Source: Myxococcota bacterium (lineage in GTDB: Bacteria; Myxococcota; UBA4151). From it: 16,619 nt of DNA. Location: the NCBI GenBank assembly GCA_040260805.1, contig JBDQPD010000076.1, forward strand, positions 1-16,619, given 5' to 3'. Below, piece by piece: positions 6,975-13,734 of the stretch (within the stretch, counting starts at the first letter, position 1; the number at the start of each line of letters is the position of its first letter). Made by a program: the position numbers and the translations under genes. The notes under the pieces are model-generated. The model was not told the origin of the DNA. It worked only from the letters and a program-made list of their open reading frames with translations, and did not search any database.

Positions 6975-7567
6975 TGCGCTCGCTGTTGGTCGTGTCAGCT
7001 CTGGCGGTGACCGCATGCCGCGGGACGGTCGCTCCGGCCCCTAAATCAGTTGATATTGAGAGCATTCGCGAATCGATCGAGAAGCGCCGCCATTTTATTG
7101 GCCCTGGCGACTCGGTTCAGGTTCAGGTGTACCGCGAAAAAGAACTCTCCCTGAGTCAGATCGTGAGTCAGGACGGGACGATCTCCTTACCCGTCACGGG
7201 CGAGGTCCAAGTGTCTGGAAAGACCCGTCAAGAGATCGAAAGCGAGCTTGAGGCGAAGCTCGTGAAGTCGGGCTTGAGCAACCCTCGCGTCTCGATCCTG
7301 ATCAAGAAGCTGATCTCGGCAAAAGTATCGGTTTATGGAGAGGTGACCAAACCTGGAACCTTTCCTTATGAGGCGGGTATGACGGTCGTTCAAGCGATCA
7401 CTCAGGCCGACGGTTTTAAGAGAACAGCGCTGCAAGATCGCGTCATGATTATTCATCCAAACGGTGAACGACTTGAGGTCCCGGTTCGACAAATCGGACT
7501 CGGTAAGGTGCCGAACGTACCCTTGCTTCCAGGGGATGTGATTTATGTTCCTGAGAGTTATTTCTAG
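6974..7567 (+). CDS. Short OPX/Wza-family polysaccharide export lipoprotein (Poly_export + SLBB, EpsY-like)
   Basis: Lipobox VTAC (Cys15). Motifs IGPGDSVQVQV, VSQDGTISLPVTGEVQVSGKT and VSVYGEVTKPGTF. It ends at LLPGDVIYVPESYF with no C-terminal OM-spanning helix. Confidence 0.92.
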   Translation: MRSLLVVSALAVTACRGTVAPAPKSVDIESIRESIEKRRHFIGPGDSVQVQVYREKELSLSQIVSQDGTISLPVTGEVQVSGKTRQEIESELEAKLVKSGLSNPRVSILIKKLISAKVSVYGEVTKPGTFPYEAGMTVVQAITQADGFKRTALQDRVMIIHPNGERLEVPVRQIGLGKVPNVPLLPGDVIYVPESYF

Positions 7568-7585
7568 GTCGCGAAGGGCTTGGTC

Positions 7586-8320
7586 ATGAAGGGTATCATT
7601 CTCGCAGGGGGCATGGGCACTCGATTGGCCCCGCTCACGCATGTCACCAACAAGCATCTGCTGCCTGTTTATGATCGACCGATGGTGGATTACCCACTTG
7701 AGACCCTGATCACAGCGGGGATCGATGAGATCATGATCGTGACCGGTGGAGAGCACGCCGGTGATTTTCTCAAGCTTATGGGTAACGGCGAGCGACTTGG
7801 CTTGCGCCACCTCAATTACACCTACCAAAAAGGTCATGGTGGAATTGCAGAGGCGCTTGGTCTTTGCGCGCACTGGGCAGATGGTGATCCGATCTGCGTG
7901 ATTTTAGGCGATAATCTCTTTGAGTATCAGCTCAGCCCAGGCCTTCGAAGGTTCGCGCAAGACCCCAAAGGTGCGATGGTCTTCTTGAAGACCGTTGACG
8001 ATCCGGAGCGTTTTGGCGTGGCGACCCTTGATGGCGGCCGGGTGACAAAAATCATTGAAAAACCAAAGAAGCCTGAGAGTAATTGGGCGGTAACTGGCGC
8101 GTATTGCTACGACGCTGATGTCTTTGAAATTATTAAGACGCTTAAGCCGAGCGAGCGCGGCGAACTTGAGATTACGGATGTTAATAATGCGTACCTTGAG
8201 CGCGGTGAGCTGCAAGCTCATAAGCTGGATGGTTGGTGGACGGACGCAGGAACCTTCGAGAGTCTCTTGCGCGCAGGCAATCTGGTGGCCAAAAGCGGTG
8301 CCAACAAACAGCAAGATTAG
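7586..8320 (+). CDS. Sugar-1-phosphate nucleotidyltransferase, short RmlA/SpsI-like (glucose-1-phosphate thymidylyltransferase family)
   Basis: Motifs MKGIILAGGMGTRLAPLT...KHLLPVYDRPM, LGDN, IEKP, SERGELEITD and WTDAGT. ATG 7586 is preferred over TTG 7580 because of GAAGGG at 7573-7578. Confidence 0.92.
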   Translation: MKGIILAGGMGTRLAPLTHVTNKHLLPVYDRPMVDYPLETLITAGIDEIMIVTGGEHAGDFLKLMGNGERLGLRHLNYTYQKGHGGIAEALGLCAHWADGDPICVILGDNLFEYQLSPGLRRFAQDPKGAMVFLKTVDDPERFGVATLDGGRVTKIIEKPKKPESNWAVTGAYCYDADVFEIIKTLKPSERGELEITDVNNAYLERGELQAHKLDGWWTDAGTFESLLRAGNLVAKSGANKQQD

Positions 8321-8334
8321 TTAGTATAGGTTCT

Positions 8335-10578
8335 ATGCGCCAACGATTGATCGATACTTTTGATCCTGGTCATCGAAGCGGAGCGCTTCGCCTAGGTCTG
8401 GTCTTCGCAGCGATCATTTTCATCCCGTTTTTGGGTGCCTCTGGGCTGACGTCGCCTTGGGAGGCTCAATACGCCGAAGTGGCGCGCGAGATGACCGCTA
8501 ACGGAAACTACGTGTACCCAAAATATCGCAATGTGGGCTTCTTCTCGAAGCCTATTTTGACGATGTGGTTGACCAGCCCTGGGCTCAGCATCACGGGCGG
8601 CTGGCAAGCTGATGGGATGATCTCGCCATGGACCCCGTTTGCGGTCCGTTTACCCATGGTCTTGTTGTTGCTCTTTGCCTTATTTACGATGTTTTGGTCC
8701 GTGGATCGGATCTTCGGGCATCGAGCGGCGCTTGCGTGTGTTGTGGTGGGCGCGACGTCGCCGTTTGTTTTGCTCGCAGGGCGTCAAGCGGTTACCGACA
8801 TGCCGTTTTTTGCGATGGTCAGCGCCGCTATATTTTCGCTGATGGGATTTTTATTCGCCGAAGAAGAGGCGGGTAACAAAGAGTCGCAAATTGACACCCC
8901 TGCGGTTTGGATCTTTGCGGGTTTATTGGGCGTGGTCGCTGAGCTGATCACCGGCCTGGTGGCGCCTTCGCTGCACAGCGGCTGGCGTCTTTTAGTGATC
9001 GCAGTGGTCGCGCTGGGCGCAGCTCAGGTTTTGACTCGTTTGGCGTCTTTACAGCTTGAATCAAAAAGTGGTCGCTGGCTGACGGTTCATGGCGACGGCG
9101 AGGACCGATTGCCGGTCTGGTTTCTGACGCTAATCGGCGCGATTTTAGGACTTCAGATCTTCTGGTTTTTGACCTGTCCTGAGACGGATCCGATTCTTCC
9201 TTTGCGCGGGGTCCAGTTGCCGAGCCGTGTCGCCGTCGTGATCGGCATGTTGGTGCTCGGGGGTGTGTTGTTGCAGCAACTGCGTCACAGAGCTCGTCAT
9301 GAGCTTCCGCTGTACGCTTTTTATGCATTGGTTGGGCTCGCCACCCTAGCGAAGGGCTTTGGCGGCTTTATGCTGCCCGGCGCCGTTGCGCTGGGGTATA
9401 TCGTGAGCGCGTGGGACTGGAGCGTGCTCAAGCGCGTTCGGTTGATCACAGGGCCGGCTCTGTCGCTGGTGATCGGCGCGCCTTGGTTCTTGGTTATGTT
9501 CGCTTATCCGGGACGTGACGAAGAGCATAAGACCTTCTATTCTCGCTTTGTTGTTCATGACCACCTTCGCCGTATGGGTGGTGGTATCCATGGGGACTCG
9601 AGCAAGCGCGGCTTAGGCTTTACCTACCATCTGCGCTATTTGTCCTATGGCTTGTTCCCGTGGATCCTTGCCTTGCCAGCTGCGGTCGCCCGCTTGATGG
9701 GCAATCAAAAGGCGCGCCGAGGTAAAGAAGCCGCCGAGATGTTTTTGGTCGTTTGGGCGGTGGTGAGCTTTCTGCTCTTCACCTTGATGTCGACCAAATT
9801 TCATCACTACGGCCTCCCGGTCGTTGCGCCAGTGGTTGCGTTGATCGGAATCTGGCTGAGCTCGCTGAGTTTGGATCGCTTCGTCTGGTCGCCGCCCTTA
9901 GCCGCCATCACGTTGCTCGTCGGTGTTGCGGTATCGCATGATCTCATCCGCTTTCCTTGGGAGTGGATGGATCTGACGACCTATCATTACATCAACTACA
10001 AGCCTCAGGATTACTTCCCGAGCGCCGCAGGTGGTCAATGCGACTTGAGCACAACGTATTGTTGGATCCTCGGGTTGATTCCGGTGACCGTCGATTTCAA
10101 TTGGCCCGTTTTGGTCGGGGTGACGGTGGTCTTATCGACTGCGTTGGCAGTGATCGCCTCGCTTTATGGTGCATACCGAGCCGGCGGCGGCTTGTTGCAG
10201 AGCAAAGCGTGGGTGGTTTCGGGCGTCATTACGGCGCTCTTCGTTGCCCATCTGTACTTCCCTGTGCTCGGTCAGCATTGGACCCACGGGAGTTTAGTGG
10301 GGACCTACTTTAAACGACGGCAGCCCGCAGATCCTTTGATCGCCTATCAGATGAATTGGCACGGCGAGACGTTTTATGCGCGCAACCTGGAGTGGCAGAT
10401 CAACGACTCCAAGCGCTTGCGTCAGATCGTCGATCGTCCTGGAACCGCCTGGGTGCTGGTCGAGCAGTCCCGATTTGACGGGATGAAAAAGACCTTAGGA
10501 AACCGCTACAAGGAGCACATCCACATCGCCGACCGCTCCAACGTGAAGTGGTATTTAGTCCGGGTTGACGATCCCTAG
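8335..10578 (+). CDS. ArnT/PMT_2-like (GT-C fold) membrane glycosyltransferase
   Basis: Motifs PWEAQYAEVAREM, FFSKPILTMW, AVRLP, TDMPF, LATLAKG, PWF, LFPW and TKFHHYGLP, with many TM segments. ATG 8335 is preferred because the 8233 start would overlap the upstream gene by 88 nt. Confidence 0.9.
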   Translation: MRQRLIDTFDPGHRSGALRLGLVFAAIIFIPFLGASGLTSPWEAQYAEVAREMTANGNYVYPKYRNVGFFSKPILTMWLTSPGLSITGGWQADGMISPWTPFAVRLPMVLLLLFALFTMFWSVDRIFGHRAALACVVVGATSPFVLLAGRQAVTDMPFFAMVSAAIFSLMGFLFAEEEAGNKESQIDTPAVWIFAGLLGVVAELITGLVAPSLHSGWRLLVIAVVALGAAQVLTRLASLQLESKSGRWLTVHGDGEDRLPVWFLTLIGAILGLQIFWFLTCPETDPILPLRGVQLPSRVAVVIGMLVLGGVLLQQLRHRARHELPLYAFYALVGLATLAKGFGGFMLPGAVALGYIVSAWDWSVLKRVRLITGPALSLVIGAPWFLVMFAYPGRDEEHKTFYSRFVVHDHLRRMGGGIHGDSSKRGLGFTYHLRYLSYGLFPWILALPAAVARLMGNQKARRGKEAAEMFLVVWAVVSFLLFTLMSTKFHHYGLPVVAPVVALIGIWLSSLSLDRFVWSPPLAAITLLVGVAVSHDLIRFPWEWMDLTTYHYINYKPQDYFPSAAGGQCDLSTTYCWILGLIPVTVDFNWPVLVGVTVVLSTALAVIASLYGAYRAGGGLLQSKAWVVSGVITALFVAHLYFPVLGQHWTHGSLVGTYFKRRQPADPLIAYQMNWHGETFYARNLEWQINDSKRLRQIVDRPGTAWVLVEQSRFDGMKKTLGNRYKEHIHIADRSNVKWYLVRVDDP

Positions 10579-10650
10579 CCCTCTAAAGGCGTTGCGGCCC
10601 AGGCCCCCCTTGCTTATGGAGCATGGGCTGTAGGCTTTTGGAGTAACTTG

Positions 10651-11049
10651 ATGCGACTGTTGGCTTTGATCTGTTTAGCGTCTCTTTGCGCGTGTTCGAG
10701 CAGCACCAACAACCGCTTCACCGAGCACCAAAAGAAGACCACGCCACCGCCGCCCAAAGAAGCACCGAAGAAGGTGATCAAGAAAGAAACTGATTATCAC
10801 GGGTTGGTTGCGGAAGGCGCTATCCTGGTCGATGTCCGGACACCTACAGAGTTTGCTCGTGGTAGCGTGCCGGGGGCTAAGAATGTCCCCTACGAGAACT
10901 TACTTCAAAAACTCGAAGCCTTTGGAACCCATGACCAAACGGTCATTCTCTTTTGCGAGTCGGGGCGACGAGCAGAGTTAGCAAAGGTTATCCTCACCCA
11001 GCAGGGCTGGAAAGAGGTTCACAATATGGGAAGTCATAGGGACTGGTAA
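10651..11049 (+). CDS. Rhodanese-domain lipoprotein (PspE/GlpE-like sulfurtransferase)
   Basis: Lipobox LCAC, Pro/Lys linker, ILVDVRTPTEF...VPGAKNVP, and active-site loop FCESGRRA. GGAG at 10640-10643 favours ATG 10651. Confidence 0.9.
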   Translation: MRLLALICLASLCACSSSTNNRFTEHQKKTTPPPPKEAPKKVIKKETDYHGLVAEGAILVDVRTPTEFARGSVPGAKNVPYENLLQKLEAFGTHDQTVILFCESGRRAELAKVILTQQGWKEVHNMGSHRDW

Positions 11050-12614
11050 TGAAGAATTTATTGATTGCTTTATCGTGCATGTTGGTACCGTCAGTCGCTT
11101 TGGCTGCCGGTGGCGGCATGGAAGCCTATGGCGAACTGATTGCCATCTTTATTTTGCTCGCCGTGGTGGTGTTTGTCATCAGCCGCTTGCCCACCGTGGA
11201 CGAAGTCAATCATTCGGCGGAGTTTCGTCGCAGGCGCGTGATGAACTGGCTACCGCTTGGCCTGACCTATGCGTTTCTTTATATGGGTCGCTACAACCTC
11301 AAGGTCTCTAAGTTTGCCTTTGAGGAGATGCAGGACTCTGCTGGCGGCGCGCTGATGAGTAACGAAGGCTTTGGCGTGATCTTTACCGTCGGGGTTTGGG
11401 TCTACGGTTCAGCCTTCCTGCTCAACGGTCCGCTCACCGATAAATTAGGTGGTCGGTTCGCTATTTTGGTCGGCGCCGGTGGTTCAGCCTTTGCCAACTT
11501 GCTGATGGGCTTAGCGACTTGGAGCTTAGTTAACCAAGGCCCAATGCACACTGCGATCGGTGAGAACTTCATCACGATTTTCTCGGTGCTTTACGGCGTC
11601 AATATGTACTTCCAGAGCTTTGGAGCGGTGGCGGTTGTTAAGTGCAACGCGCCCTGGTTCCACGTGCGAGAGCGTGGCGTATTCGGTGCAATTTTCGGCA
11701 TCCTCATCTCGCTCGGGATCTATTTCGCGTTCGATCTAGGGTATAAGATTGTCGTTGAGCTAGGGGTCGCTGAGGTCTTCTTTATCCCGACCATTATGCT
11801 GGCGATCTTCTGGGTCGCTGACTTCTTCTTGGTGCGTAACTCGCCCGAGGATGCAGGTCTTACAGACTTTGATACCGCCGACGCATCATCGGGCGACGAT
11901 GGCCCTCAGCTTGGCGCCTTAGAGGTCTTTAAAAAGATGCTCACCAACCCGATCATCATCACCATCGCTTTGGTGGAGTTCTGCAGCGGGTTCATCCGTC
12001 AGGCGCCGATGCAGTGGTATCGAACTTTTGCGAAGCAAACCAACGAGGTGCTGCAGCTCAAGGGTGACTTTATTTACGATCACTGGGGCATGTGGCTCTG
12101 CGTTGCTGGTATCATGGGCGGCGTCCTCGCCGGCATCATCTCGGATCGTGTTTTCCAGTCCCGTCGAGGTCCGGTCGCCGCAATTCTGTACTTAGGCGTG
12201 ACGCTAGGTTCCGTGGCTCTTTTGTTTACGTATCAGATCCCAGCGATCGAGATTGGCAGCATTAAGTTGTCGGTGCCGGGTGTGGTGGCGATTTTGATCT
12301 CGATGTGTGTGATCGGGGTTCATGGGATGCTCTCAGGTACGGCGTCGATGGATTTCGGCGGTCGAAAGAACGTGGGTATTGCGGTCGGTATTATCGACGG
12401 TTTTGTCTACTTGGGCACCGGCGTGATGTCGCTGACCTACGCCTATGTTTTGCCGCAAGAGCAGTTTGATGAAACGGGTAAGTTAATCGGTGAGGTGACC
12501 CAACCTGAAAACTGGTCGCCTTGGCCCGTCTCGATGATTATTGTGGGCATTTGCGGCTTTGCTTTGGCGACTCGGGTCTGGAACGCCAAACCGAAGGCTA
12601 GAGCGAAGGCTTAG
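11049..12614 (+). CDS. MFS transporter, organophosphate:Pi antiporter (GlpT/UhpT-like) family
   Basis: Motifs GPLTDKLGGR and ISDRVFQSRRGP, YAFLYMGRYN and GFIRQA (the two Arg equivalent to the GlpT substrate-binding arginines), WFHVRERG and AVGIIDGFVYLG. TAATG coupling to the rhodanese gene. Confidence 0.9.
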   Translation: MKNLLIALSCMLVPSVALAAGGGMEAYGELIAIFILLAVVVFVISRLPTVDEVNHSAEFRRRRVMNWLPLGLTYAFLYMGRYNLKVSKFAFEEMQDSAGGALMSNEGFGVIFTVGVWVYGSAFLLNGPLTDKLGGRFAILVGAGGSAFANLLMGLATWSLVNQGPMHTAIGENFITIFSVLYGVNMYFQSFGAVAVVKCNAPWFHVRERGVFGAIFGILISLGIYFAFDLGYKIVVELGVAEVFFIPTIMLAIFWVADFFLVRNSPEDAGLTDFDTADASSGDDGPQLGALEVFKKMLTNPIIITIALVEFCSGFIRQAPMQWYRTFAKQTNEVLQLKGDFIYDHWGMWLCVAGIMGGVLAGIISDRVFQSRRGPVAAILYLGVTLGSVALLFTYQIPAIEIGSIKLSVPGVVAILISMCVIGVHGMLSGTASMDFGGRKNVGIAVGIIDGFVYLGTGVMSLTYAYVLPQEQFDETGKLIGEVTQPENWSPWPVSMIIVGICGFALATRVWNAKPKARAKA

Positions 12615-12729
12615 CATCACAAGCTCGAAGACCAGCCGTCTGCCACTTTGGCCGGTCCGGCGCTGCCAGGCCGGCAGTCCAGGTGCCTGCTGGTCGGCTT
12701 AGGTTGTTGTAATATCGACCAAAAAAAAC

Positions 12730-12745
12730 GGGCATGAATCCTGCT
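12730..12745 (+). promoter_or_regulatory. Candidate sigma-54 (-24/-12) promoter of the gsp operon
   Basis: GGGCATG-AATC-CTGCT compared with consensus TGGCACG-N4-TTGCW. GG at 12731-12732 and GC at 12743-12744 are separated by exactly 10 nt. RBS AGGAGGA at 12764-12770. Confidence 0.6.
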
Positions 12746-12771
12746 TTAAACCTCCTCGTACGTAGGAGGAC

Positions 12772-13716
12772 ATGCGGGTGGATCGGCTGAAACAGCTCAA
12801 ACCCTTGGGGACGTTGTTCGGGTTAGCGCTCTGCGCTTATCTCGCAGCGGGGATCGTGACCACGGTGGTCGCCGAATGGCGTCGACCTGTGCCGCCCCTT
12901 CCTGAGGTTAAAGCGCCCAAGACCAGCAAGCGCTTTAAACGCCAGGTCAGCGCAATCGCTGACCGGAATCTGGCCGGCACTGCGAAAGAGGTCGTCGAAG
13001 AGGTGACCCCTGAGGAGACGGACCCTGGAGAGGAAGCTGCAGACGGTGAGGTGCTCAAGTCGGCTCTCAATGCCCGAGTGGTCGCCACGGTACTCTTTGA
13101 TCACGAGCCTTGGAATTTCGCTCTCATCGAAGACGGCCTGCGACGTAAGACTTTTATTGGGCACGTGGGCGACGAACTGTTCCCTAAAAACGAGCTCTTC
13201 ACGGTGGTGGCGATTGAGGAAGATCGCGTCACGATCCGCGAGGGCTCAAGCCCGCGCCTGACCTATCTTGAGAAAGAAGCTGGCAAAGAAGCGGGGTCAA
13301 CGAGCAGCGCATCTTCAAGCAGCTCGTCGAGCAGCTCACCGGACGGCAAGTCCGAGATCAACAAGCGCATTCTCGCTGGCGTCAAGAAGAAGGGCGAGGG
13401 CAAATATGAGGTGTCTCGAGACAGCATCGATACCGTCTTGTCGAACATGAGCGCCTTATCCACTGACGCTCGCGTGGTCCCTGATTTCAAAGGCGGAAAG
13501 CAGCGCGGCTTTAAGCTGTTCTCGATCAAAGCCAAGTCGGTCTTCTCGAAGATTGGTTTGAAAAACGGCGACGTCCTCAAAACAGTCAACGGTTACACCC
13601 TGTCTAGTCCTGATAAAATCTTAGAGGTCTACGGAAAGCTTAAAGATTCCGAACAGATCTCCATCGAAGTCCTGCGTCGCGGTAAGCCACGCAGCTTCGA
13701 GTATTCCATTCGATAA
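12772..13716 (+). CDS. gspC: Type II secretion system protein GspC (TM, HR domain, PDZ domain)
   Basis: N-terminal TM, HR-like region (FALIED...VGDE...VVAIEEDRVTI), Ser-rich linker and PDZ region (ARVVPDFKGGKQRGFKLFSIKAKSVFSKIGLKNGDVLKTVNG...IEVLRRGK). Directly upstream of the secretin gene. Confidence 0.92.
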   Translation: MRVDRLKQLKPLGTLFGLALCAYLAAGIVTTVVAEWRRPVPPLPEVKAPKTSKRFKRQVSAIADRNLAGTAKEVVEEVTPEETDPGEEAADGEVLKSALNARVVATVLFDHEPWNFALIEDGLRRKTFIGHVGDELFPKNELFTVVAIEEDRVTIREGSSPRLTYLEKEAGKEAGSTSSASSSSSSSSSPDGKSEINKRILAGVKKKGEGKYEVSRDSIDTVLSNMSALSTDARVVPDFKGGKQRGFKLFSIKAKSVFSKIGLKNGDVLKTVNGYTLSSPDKILEVYGKLKDSEQISIEVLRRGKPRSFEYSIR

Positions 13717-13734
13717 AGAAGAAAGGCCTTGGTT

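Noticed and set aside
7187..7873. 228-aa minus-strand ORF
   Set aside because: It lies antisense to two strongly conserved genes and has no family motifs, consistent with a shadow ORF.
8233..8334. N-terminal extension of the GT-C ORF
   Set aside because: It overlaps the nucleotidyltransferase gene by 88 nt. ATG 8335 gives a normal N-terminus.
12700..12728. IHF site between the putative enhancer and the sigma-54 promoter
   Set aside because: The best matches to WATCAANNNNTTR have three or more mismatches on either strand.
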